Positions 52,461 through 64,000 of a stretch of DNA of 64,000 nucleotides are shown piece by piece. Numbering within the stretch: position 1 is the stretch's first letter; every line of letters begins with the position of its first letter. The DNA lies in assembly GCA_951406725.2 (NCBI GenBank), contig OX597830.1:10416001-10480000 (forward strand), in the 5' to 3' direction. This DNA is from Octopus vulgaris. Lineage: Eukaryota. A program made the position numbers and the translations under genes. The notes under the pieces were generated by a model that saw nothing but the letters and a program-made list of their open reading frames with translations, was not told where the DNA came from and did no database searches.

Positions 52461-53807
52461 TTTTTTGTAAGTTCTCACTGTGTTTGTGTGTAATTCAAAA
52501 TATAAATAATAATAAACCATAAAATAAAATTTGATTTTCAAAAATGAAACGAGACCAACAGAAAGGTGGGAAGTGGTTTTTTTTTGTTTTGTTTTTTTAC
52601 ACTTCACTTTGAAAAGTTTTCTCCTATTTTAATTGCAGTCTTTGGTCAGATCCTCACCATGACACCATGAACACTTCGAAATTATATTTCCGATCGTATA
52701 AATCATTTTGAATATTATTTTAGCAAGTTTAAAGTGATTTCTTTTGTGCCGTAAACCATTTACCATTTCTCTGGTGCTCCTTCCTTCCCTTGATGCTCTA
52801 AGCACGTGCTTATTCTGCTTAATGGTTGATCCAGCGCTGGACTAAAGACGACTGGACATGGAGGACGACTGATTCCCAGACATGTCAGACAAGCCCTGAT
52901 GTTATGTGGACCGCTGACCGTAGCCGAAACGTTAAATAGACACTGTACCTCGAGGATAAGTTTGAGAGAGCGAGAAACAAAGTAAACAGTAAAACAAAGT
53001 GACAGAAGGCAATGGAAAATCGTTGCTGTGTCTTTCACAAGAAAACTCATAACCTTTAGATTTTGGGCATGAAGGCCCATCATCCATTTTATTCCGACGC
53101 CTGGCACGCGAAGAGAGAGAGAGAGAGAGAGATTAAACGATAACTTATTTCAGACATCCTGTGAATGAGATGGTCATGGTGAGAAAGCTTTTGGTTATAG
53201 GTTTAATCGATCGAAGCTGACTACAAACTACAGCAGTTATCATTTCATATGCATCAAGAGAATAGCAAGTCTGTGATACGGTTTCAATTCGAGCTTGTGC
53301 GGCATATGCCTCTGTGCGGGTCAATAATTCCGAAAGTTCCTTCATTTCATTTTCGTTAAAAGTTTATTTTTGGTCACTTGTGATTCTGGCTAGAGAGAGT
53401 GGAGCTGAGGAGGGATTGAGGTGGTAATGGTGGTGGTGGTGGTGCTAGCCTGACACAATCTTCATAAAATAATAAGATGAGAAATTTTTCAGATAGAGCC
53501 AAAGCGCCGTGATTGCCAAATGTCAAACGTTGTTAGCAGATACAGACGTAAATCATTATTGAAATATCATATAAGAGGGAAACAGAATTTTAAAATATGA
53601 AGAAGGAAGGATGGACGGACGGAAGGGAGGAAGGAAGGTCGATCGGTCGGTCTAAAGAACTATTTTGCTTAAGAAACGACTGGAAGAAAAAGACGAATGG
53701 AGAAGTTGAAGGAAGAAATGAATCGGGTAGGAAGTAAGACGCTGGAAGGAGGGAAAGAGAAAGACACTGGTAGTGGTGATGATGCTGGTGAAGCCGAAAT
53801 AACTAAA

Positions 53808-54122
53808 TGGTACTCCGTCGCTTACGACGACGATGTTCCCAGTTGATCCAATCAACGGAACAACTTGCTGGGGAAATTAACGTGCAAGTGGCTGAGCACT
53901 CCACAGACCCTTGTATTATTAACATAGTTGTCAGGGAGATTCAGTATGACACAGAGTATGACAAGGCTGGCCCTTTTGAAATACAGGCACAACTTATTTT
54001 TACCGGCTGAGTGGACTGAGGAAATGTGAAATAAAGTGCCTTGTTGAAGGACACAATGCGTTGTCAGGAATCGAACTCGCAACTTTACGATCGTGAGCCA
54101 AATACCCTAACCACTAAGCCAA
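53808..54122 (-). mobile_element. tRNA/CORE-like SINE with family C tail
   Basis: Minus-strand head ggcttagtggttagggt...gagttcgattcc; tail is the reverse complement of 19560-19670. Confidence 0.8.
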
Positions 54123-54227
54123 AGTCTTCACTCATCTAATAATTACGGTCAATAAGAAGACACTGGTTTTAAGGAGATTTCTCTGTCTACAGTTGCTCTC
54201 GACATGGCATTGTCACCGTCACAGAAA

Positions 54228-55030
54228 GCGGCGAGGTGGCAGAATCGTTAGTATGCCGGGCGAAATGCTTAGAGGTATTTCGTCTGTCGTTACGTTCTGA
54301 GTTCAAATTCCGCCGAGGTCGACTTTGCCTTTCATCCTTTCAGGGTCGATTAAATAAGTACCAATTATTGCACTGGGGTCGATATAATCGACTTAATCCG
54401 TTTGTCTGTCCTTGTTTGTCCCCTCTGTGTGTAGCCCCTTGTGGGTAGTAAAGAAATAGGTATTTCGTCTGCTGTTACGTACTGAGTTCAAATTCTGCCG
54501 AGGTCGACTTTGCCTTTCATACTTTCGGGGTCGATAAATTAAATACCAGTTACGCACTGGTGTCGATGCAATCGATTTAATCCCTTTGCCTGCCCTTGTT
54601 TGTCCCCTCTGTGTTTATCCCCTTGTGGGCAATAAAGAAATAAGAAACGTTAGCACACCGGGCGAAATGCTTAGTGGTATTTCGTCTGTCGTTACGTTCT
54701 GAGTTCAAATTCTGCCTTTCGTCCTTTCAGGGTCGATAAATTAAGTACCAGTTGCGTACTGGGGTCGATTTAATAGACTGCCTCCCCCTCCCCCAAATTT
54801 CGGTCCTTGTGCCTAGAGTAGAAAAGATTATTTTAGGCAGCGAGCTGGCAGAAACGTTAGCAGGCCGGGCGAAATGCTTAGTGGTTTTGAGTTCAAATTC
54901 CGCCGAGGTCAGCTTCATCTTTCATCCTTTCGGGGTCGATAAATTAAGTACCAGTTACGCAATGGGATCGATGTTATCGACTAGCCCCCTCTCCCACAAT
55001 TTCAGGCGTTGTGTCTATAATAGAAAGGAT
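54228..55030 (+). mobile_element. SINE family B tandem array
   Basis: Four cores; heads at 54228 and 54836. Confidence 0.9.
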
Positions 55031-55522
55031 TGCCACCGTCACAGAGCTCTTGTTGTCGTAATGAAGAACACCCGTTTCGCCATTTTTGCTCAAATAAAAA
55101 AAAAACTTCTTTCATGTTCCTGGAAGACTAAATGCTACCGTCATTGATGAGATCACGTGGTAATGTTATTGGAATGTCTTACGGAATTTTTAGCTCTCAT
55201 TGCTTCTTTATGAATGTCTCCCTCTCTCCCTCTCTCTCCCATCTCTTTTTCTCGCTCGCGCGCGGGTACTTTTTATCTAAAAAGGAGAATGAGAGAATTG
55301 GGAGTGAGAGAGCGAGAAAGAGCAACAGAGATTTAGAGAAAGAATGAACTCGTAAAGAAGAAATACAAATGGCAAGCCAAATGAAAAGAGGCACGCATGC
55401 ATGCAGACAAGCGGACGAGGAGAGGGACGAACGGGGAGGGAGAGAGACAAGCAAAGGGTTAATGAGAGAATGGGGAGGAGAGAGTGAGAAATAGAAACAA
55501 GTGTTTCAGAAGATAGACTGAA

Positions 55523-55789
55523 AGAGACAGACGGAGAGACAGACAGACAGACACAGACGGAGAGACAGACAGACAGACACAGACGGAGAGACAGACAGAC
55601 AGACACAGACGGAGAGACAGACAGACAGACACAGACGGAGAGACAGACAGACAGACACAGACGGAGAGACAGACAGACAGACACAGACGGAGAGACAGAC
55701 AGACAGACACAGACGGAGAGACAGACAGACAGACACAGACGGAGAGACAGACAGACACAGAGAGAGAGACAGACAGAGATGGACAGACA

Positions 55790-55826
<37 letters not shown>

Positions 55827-56000
55827 AGACAGGCACAGAAAGGCACAGACAGACACACAGACACAGACAGACAGACACACAGACACAGACAGACAGACAC
55901 ACAGACACAGACAGACAGACACACAGACACAGACACTCGGATAAGCACACGGACAGACAAACAGACAGACAGACGGACGGACGGACACAGACAGACAGAC
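55523..56000. repeat. 24 bp perfect minisatellite (gagacagacagacagacacagacg)x~9 decaying into (GACA)n
   Basis: Direct reading. Confidence 0.95.
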
Positions 56001-56794
56001 AGCGATCTGTGGAAGACAACCATTTAAGCAGAAAGCAAAGAAATCTTGAATCCCTTGATTTCAAATTTCGGCACAAGGACAGCAATTTTGGGGGCAGCGG
56101 GTAACTCATTACATCGACCCCATTGTTCAACTGGTACTTATTTTATCGATCTCGATTTAATCGTTTTAGGAGTGTGGTTTACGTAAGCAAAGCGGCTGCA
56201 GTGTCGCCAGATTGTGAGTGGTAGAGTTTGAGAGACGCTGAAGGCGACTTGAAATATAATAAAGCGATCTTGCTTAGGTTATTTATGATGTAAAACTCTT
56301 AAGTGTTATAGATGAGTTATGTTCTCTTCAACAGCTCAGAAGGTGAGGATAAAAAGTGTAAAAATGAGAAAAGTAAAAAATTAAAATTAAAATTTAGGAT
56401 ATGTATTAAGTCGGATTAGAACTACTGTAGACATAACAATGATTGATCATCAAGTACAGGTGAAGTAGATATGAATACACTAAAAATGATGGAGTGGGGC
56501 CAGGATACAAAAAAAATGGAAGCTAGAATGTGAAAACAAACGAAGGAAAAGATTAAGAAAAACGAAAATAAAGTGAATGCATATGTATTTTTAAGAGGTT
56601 TTGAAGCCAGTATGACGCACTTGCACAACAGATGCTTCTAAAAGTGTCTGCATATCACGAATAGTTTTGAAATGGTGTTCAAATAGAATTCATGCTTATG
56701 GTGTGTGTGTGTGTGTGTGTGTGAATAGAGACGAGAGTCGTTTTTAATTCAGAGAGTTCTTCAGTCAGAAGAATTATAAATTTCTACCTTATAT

Positions 56795-56963
56795 CAGTGG
56801 TTCTTAACCTTTTTATAGTGGTTTCCAACCCTTTTACTTAAATGAGTTTTCCCTCGGACCCCTTTTAATATGCTTATCCTTACATATATATATATATGAA
56901 ATTTTGAATTTAGTTCACGGACACCTAGTACTAACTTTACGGATCCCAGGTTGGGAACCACTG
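56795..56963. mobile_element. hAT-type MITE (~169 bp)
   Basis: TIRs cagtggttcttaacct / aggttgggaaccactg; flanks ccttatat / ctttattt match 6 of 8 as a TSD. Confidence 0.8.
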
Positions 56964-57329
56964 CTTTATTTTATACAAATAGATTTCTAGAGAGCCCTTC
57001 AGATTCTTGTCTATCTTTTCTTGTGATGTGCAAAGATCGCCTGCTCAACTTTTTTTGTAAAGTCTAAATGTTTAGATATCTTTTCATTTAATGTCACAGC
57101 AGACTTTTTCTTTGACTTACCATATGAAGTCTGCTAAATTTGAAGCATTTCTCATGGATTTGTATAAAAGAAGGTATATGGCTATACAATCTTTGACTGA
57201 AATTGCCTTCAGTCGTGTTTATATATCATTTATGTTCCACGAGATGCTGAATTTTTTAGAGGTTCACCTTTGTCTCATAAAATGTCTTCCTGCAGGATTT
57301 ATTTAGCGGAAAGGAATTAATATTAATAC

Positions 57330-57700
57330 ACGAGTTTGTTATTTATCAAGAGATACATGGAATTAGTGCTACAAATTTAGTTTTGGTTTAGGGTTGTAAA
57401 ATTTCGATATCTATGCTTCGTAGGGAAGTGAATATTAATGCGCGAAATATTTTTGTGACATTTGATATAACATTGTTTGAAAAAGTAAGTTGTGAACTAT
57501 GATTTTATAAGTCTTATTTCTTTTTAGATTGGTAGGATAAGTACTTAGATAAGATAGTTTCTTCGTTGAATTTCCGATGAAGCAAGAAGTTATTTTAGTA
57601 GTGTAGTTTGTGAATATTTCCTTGACAGTTCTCACATAAAAAAGGGGAGTTACTTTATCATATCACATTATAAATTACATAATCCTTACACGTGTTTCGC
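57330..57700 (-). pseudogene. Possible Penelope GIY-YIG endonuclease relic
   Basis: TVKEIFTNY..TSCFIGNSTKKLSYLSTYPTNLKRNKTYKI loosely resembles the PLE T-F-K-x-R-x-x-N-H...LS-x-Y-x-W-x-LK segment; heavily decayed. Confidence 0.3.
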
Positions 57701-58086
57701 TTACGAATACTTAATATGTTGTGCGGTAACTGATATGTGGACGATTGCATAGTCACATTGAAGCGTCAGGTCTCCAGAAAAATAGCAATTTAATCCATTA
57801 TCATTTATCAACAGCAGTCGGTTGACAGTGGAACACATGTAAAGATTCAATATTTTATAATGCTATAAAACGACAAGCCAATTCTCCTGTTTTACTCTAC
57901 TATCGGTTGTACGCTCAGTAACTTATTTAAATGTATATAACACAAAAAGGAAATCAGAGGAGAAATTATGCTTAACATTTGCTGGAAAGCTGGATTTACT
58001 TAGTACCAAGCATTGGTAAATCATTATGCTATCTCATTACAGATTGCTATTCTTCAATACACAAAAATATACGCACAAACACGTGC

Positions 58087-58135
<49 letters not shown>

Positions 58136-58864
58136 CACATACACAGCACAATGAATCAACTGTCAAATTTTTTCTGATTTAGTTAACATCCAACGATATA
58201 TTTATCTATCAATCTATGGAACTATCTATATATATCTCATTCATTTGTGTGTAAAATTAGATAGATATAGATAGATGGATAGATAAAATCCTGCTCGCCT
58301 TCCACCATAGCCTTACCTGCTATTCTACCGTAATGTTTTCAGCCAAGCATGTTGCTGTTGTTTGTTTTTTTATCTCCTCTCAATCTCCGGCTATTGTTCT
58401 TCCTGCCACGCCTCCATTCATTGTTTCCACCAACATTACTTATCTCTGTTCGTTATTCAAGATATAACAAACGTTCGTGCGGATTATGCAGCGAACACTC
58501 CCACCTATTATGTAACCAAAATCTGTATTTCTAGTTCAGCACACACAAACACACGTGTGTGTACATATATATACGAACATACGTGTGTGTGAGAGAGAGA
58601 GAGTATATCTTTGTATATAACCATGTATGTATACACAAAGGAAGACACTTTAATTAGGTTAATACATATATATATTAACCAATGTTTATGTGCATGTATA
58701 TCACACACACACACACACACACAATTACATGCTCTCTTTTACATAGGATGTGCGCATGTGTGTATATGTGAAGGCGTATGTAGATGTCTGATGATAGAAA
58801 CACATCTTAAGCGCCATTATTAAATGCTAAAACCTTCTGCATGGTAGATACTCAATTCTTTCTT

Positions 58865-58921
58865 TATATACATATACATCTATATATATATACGTGTATA
58901 TATATATATATATATACACAC

Positions 58922-58971
<50 letters not shown>

Positions 58972-59072
58972 GTATATATATATATATACACGTATATATA
59001 TATATATATACGTATATATATATATATGTATGTATATATGTATATATATATATATGTATGTATATATGTATG

Positions 59073-59133
<61 letters not shown>

Positions 59134-59138
59134 GTATA

Positions 59139-59191
<53 letters not shown>

Positions 59192-59725
59192 GTATACGTG
59201 TATATATGTATATATATGTATATATATATATATATATATATGTATACGTGTATATATGTATATATATGTATATGTATATATATATATGTATATATGTATA
59301 TATATATATATACGTATATATGTATATATATATATATGTATATATTATATATGTATATGTGTGTGTGTGTGTGTATATGTGTGTGTGTATATATATATGT
59401 ATATACGTATATATGTATGTATATATATATATATATATATACGTATATATGTATGTATATATATATATATATATATACGTATATATGTATATATATATAT
59501 ACGTATATATGTATATATATATATATACGTATATATGTATATATATATACGTATATATATATATATATATATATATATACGTATATATGTATATATATAT
59601 ATACGTATATATGTATATATATATATACGTATATATGTATATATATATATACGTATATATATATACGTATATATGTATATATATATATATACGTATATAT
59701 ATACACGTATATATATACATACACA
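58865..59725. repeat. (TA)n compound satellite with tacgtatatatg units
   Basis: Direct reading. Confidence 0.96.
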
Positions 59726-60194
59726 GGTAAATAAGCATATAGATAGAGGTGTATGCGTATATGAATTTCTATTTTATACGAACAAAAATCTATAATTGAT
59801 AATACTAATTAACAATTGTGTATAGCACACACAGATAGATATATGGATGGATGGATGGATGAATGGATTGATGGATGGATGGATAGCACTCTCACATGAA
59901 TGCTGTATATGCGTTCTCTCATAGACGCAGTCATGGGTGAGTGGTTTAAAACTTCAGAACAGAATCGTAAGTTCTTGAGTTCGAACTCCCTGCCTGGTTC
60001 ATGGTCTCTCGAAATGTGTACGTACCCTGTGTCTTTTACCATAGATTAGGGTCGATTGAAGCCCTTTGAAAGAAAATGACCAAACGAAAACTGTACGGAA
60101 GCCCTTCTGTGGATCTTTTTCTTTAATTCAAAAATCAGTTCCTATCGCATATTTATTATCATGGTGACTGTCTGAGTATTCCGTTAACGTCTCT

Positions 60195-60395
60195 TTCTCT
60201 ATTTGGTTTCAGTTATCCGACTGAGGCCATGCTGGAGCAGCTTCTCGAAGAATTTTTACTCGAACTAATCGACCCCAAGACTTTTATCTTTTTAAGCCCG
60301 GTACTTATTCTATTGGTCTATATTACCGAACCACTAGGTTATGGGGATGTAAGCCCACCACTAGCGGTGGTGGGGGTAGACACCAAAACACACAC

Positions 60396-60441
<46 letters not shown>

Positions 60442-60600
60442 TGAGCTTCTTTCAGTTTCCGTCAATCAAATCCACTCACAAGGATTTGGCTGGCCCGAGG
60501 CTATAGTAGAAGATACTTGTTCAAGGTGCCGCGCTGTGACACTAAACCTGGAACCTTGTGGCTGGTAAGCAAGCTACTTACCACACAATCACGCCTGCGT
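60195..60600 (-). mobile_element. SINE family A, diverged
   Basis: ggccatgctggagca ... aatccactcacaagg ... cttaccacaca. Confidence 0.85.
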
Positions 60601-61032
60601 CTGAGGAATACTCGACCACTTAGAAGCTAAAACCAATAAGTAGGCGGCTCAGCTGGTCGAAAAGTTGAATGCTCATCGTCGAAACCGAAGAGGATCCCTT
60701 TATCCTCAGCGTCTACTTTTCTAAGAAAGAATGCCTGCATTTTCATTACCCTTTCTTTTATTTTCCTTTCTTTTCTTCCTCTCTTTTTCTATTTTCTTTC
60801 CTCCTGTCTTTCCGTCATTCCTTCCAACTGTCCTCACGTCCCTCCCTTTTTCTCTCTTTCTTTCTCTCTGTTATTTTTCTATCTTCTTTCCTTTGTTTTT
60901 CTATGTGTGTGTGTGAGACCGTGTGTGTGTGTTTGTGTGTGTGTGTGCATATCGATTGATAGCGTTTGTTTAAATACACATAGTTTCTAGAAATTGAATC
61001 TTTGTTTTGCCACTTGGATTTCACACCTTCAG

Positions 61033-61233
61033 ATATATATATGTGTGTGTGTGTGTGTATATGTGTATGTATACATGTGTATGTATATATGTGTGTATGT
61101 GTATATATATGTGTGTGTATATATATGTGTGTATAAATATATATGTATAGATATATATGTATATATGTGTATGTATGTATATATGTGTATGTATGTAAGT
61201 ATATGTATATAGATGTATGTATGTATATGTATG

Positions 61234-61275
<42 letters not shown>

Positions 61276-61625
61276 TATTTATATGTATATATATATATAT
61301 GCATGTTTATATGTATATATATATATATGCATGTATATATGTATATATATATATATGCATGTATATATGTATATATATATGCATGTATATATGTATATAT
61401 ATATGCATGTATATATGTATATATATATGCATGTATATATGTATATATATATGCATGTATATATGTATATATATGTGCATGTATATATGTATATATATAT
61501 ATATATGTGCATGTATATATGCATGTATATATGTGTATGTATATATGTGTGTGTGTATATATATGTGTGTGTATTCCTGTGTATATATGTGTATGTATAT
61601 ATATATATATATATGTTTGTATGTG

Positions 61626-61656
<31 letters not shown>

Positions 61657-61708
61657 GTTTATGTATGTATATGTATTTATATATATGCATGTATATACAT
61701 ACATATAG
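61033..61708. repeat. (TA)/(TG) satellite with 24 bp gcatgtatatatgtatatatatat units
   Basis: Direct reading. Confidence 0.95.
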
Positions 61709-61916
61709 ATTCGCACCTTTTGCCGTCAAGTTTTGATATCGTCGTAGAAGCGTTGCGGTGGTTTCACGGCGTGAGTTTGGAGTTTCTAGTTTAGTCAGGC
61801 CCTTCTCTTTCCGGGACTGACAATAAACGACCTCTCCTAGGAAGAGAACAACAGATAGAAAAGTAGAATCAATCGAATCCATAAGACATACACCATATTC
61901 TATCTCTCTCTCTCCC

Positions 61917-61947
<31 letters not shown>

Positions 61948-62209
61948 TCCTGGTATATGTGTGTGTGAGAAAGAGACAGAGAGAAAGAGTGTGCGTGAGT
62001 GTGTGTGTGTGTGTGTGTGTGGTGTACGCGACTGGGCTAAATATGTTTGTGGAATGCACGATATTGCTCTGTGGCTATAAAGATATAATTATCGATACGG
62101 TTATCGATATAGTGATATAAATATAGATGAAAATAGATACATACAGAAGATAAATACGTACTAACCGATACATGAACAGGCGGAGCCGTTATAGATTTTC
62201 CTAAATATA

Positions 62210-62643
62210 TTTGTGTGTGCGTGTGCTTATATATATGTATGTATGTGTATATATAAGTATAAGTGTGTGTGTATATAAGTATGTGCGTATATAAGTATGT
62301 TTGTGCGTGTATATAAGATTGTTTGTATGTGTGCATATGTGTGTGTGTATAAGTATGTGTGTATGTGTGCATATAAGTGTGTATGTGTGTGCATATAAGT
62401 GTGTGTGTATATAACTGTGTATATATGTGTGTGTATAAGTGTGTGTGTATATATATTCGTGCGTGTATATAAGTACATGTGTGTATATGTGTGTATATAA
62501 TTATGTGTGGGTGTGTATGTATATGTGTGTATATAAGTATGTGTGGCTGTGTATATATGTATGTGCATACATATGAGTATATGTATGTATATATGTGCAT
62601 ATATGCGTATAAATGTATATATGTGCACGTGTATGTGTGCGAG

Positions 62644-62676
<33 letters not shown>

Positions 62677-62685
62677 ATATATGTA
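62210..62685. repeat. Degenerate (TG)n satellite with atataagt cores
   Basis: Direct reading. Confidence 0.9.
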
Positions 62686-63185
62686 TTATGGCTGGTCAGG
62701 CAGACATGCAGATCTATGCATCGACCTAGCGTTGTGTTGTGCCAATATGTTGATGCATCTTGAGCAAGCCAGACAACTACTGTCTTCTCCAGACTTTCTT
62801 ACCAACCAACCAACCGACCAACCAGCCAAATATATATCTGCTAAGCGCAGCAGCTCCCACCACAAACCTACATAGTACAAACTGCACACATTACAGATCT
62901 ACAATGCGCACACACACACACGCGCGCGCGCGTTACAACTATACGGCCACAGAAACACAATAGACACGCATCGATACGCATGGCGAAGGCACATAGAGAA
63001 ACCATAGCGCATACACGTATCACTTTCCATACGTGATCAGCTCACAGTGTGCCGATACTGCACACATTCTGCACACACAGTTCTCATCTGCAACTTCGGT
63101 ACATATGTACTGGATGTCGGTGCAGCCGATAGATGGCGTATATCGATGTTGTGGATTCAGGCCATCAGAATTAGGAGAAACTTCA

Positions 63186-63216
<31 letters not shown>

Positions 63217-63387
63217 GTTGTTGTTGTTAGTGTTGAAGATAAATAAAACGTTGTTATTGTTATTGCTGTTATATAACATGATGAATAAGCAATTTTTGGA
63301 CATTCATCGATATTGGCCAATAAATATTGACTGATATTTCTTTTTCGTCTAATACGCGTGTGTGAGGGCTCGCGCGCACCATTATTA

Positions 63388-63391
63388 GATA

Positions 63392-63440
<49 letters not shown>

Positions 63441-63451
63441 GTATATGTATG

Positions 63452-63482
<31 letters not shown>

Positions 63483-63567
63483 GTATATGTATGTGTATAT
63501 ATATATATATATATATACACACATGTATATGTATGTGTATATATATATATATACATGTATATGTATG

Positions 63568-63611
<44 letters not shown>

Positions 63612-63671
63612 TGCATGCATATGTGTAAAATATATATATGCACACACACATGTGTGTGCTTATATATATAT

Positions 63672-63720
<49 letters not shown>

Positions 63721-63742
63721 CATATACACACACATATATATA
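63388..63742. repeat. (TA)n compound microsatellite
   Basis: Direct reading. Confidence 0.95.
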
Positions 63743-64000
63743 GGAGGGTGTTGGGATTTGATTGGTACAGTTTTTTTATCGACCACTAAAAGATGGTAGG
63801 CAAAACTGATCGCAGCTAAATTTGAACTCGCAATACAAATGACCGCGAGTAATTTCCACCGACACTTTGCGCATCCGCACACACTCATGTGCAGATATAT
63901 TTGTGTGTGTATCAGCGTGCATGTGCAGTGTCGGAGAATGCCTTGTGTTTTTTGGGGTTTTTTTCATTTTTTTGTTTTCAAGGCTCGCCGGAGTCAAGTT

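Noticed and set aside
52894-52935. ctgatgt...gccGAAAcgtt hammerhead-like motif
   Set aside because: Core A9 is missing and stems I and II do not pair
58782-58807. CTGATGA-ta-GAAAC enclosed by agatgt/acatct
   Set aside because: No stem II or stem III and no cleavage triplet; likely chance

Overview
AT-rich, repeat-saturated eukaryotic non-coding DNA (intergenic or large intron). The SINE families and the extreme microsatellite load look like an octopus/coleoid cephalopod genome (inference, no search run). No intact protein-coding gene is supported: almost all long ORFs in the track are translations of (TA)n, (CA)n or (CT)n repeats. The window holds many tRNA-derived SINEs (a CORE-like family A, a Meta-domain-like family B that forms internal tandem arrays, and minor families). 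It also holds a decayed DD37D/maT transposase, an RTE-type LINE fragment, a non-autonomous Helitron, several MITEs/foldbacks and SINE-seeded minisatellites. The most notable signal is a cluster of three minimal type I hammerhead ribozyme motifs within 1.3 kb (47576-48849), each with a palindromic stem III of the kind known from Penelope-like elements, plus degenerate relatives elsewhere. The first ~1.6 kb looks like low-quality consensus. Repeat boundaries are read by eye and approximate unless termini or TSDs are quoted.
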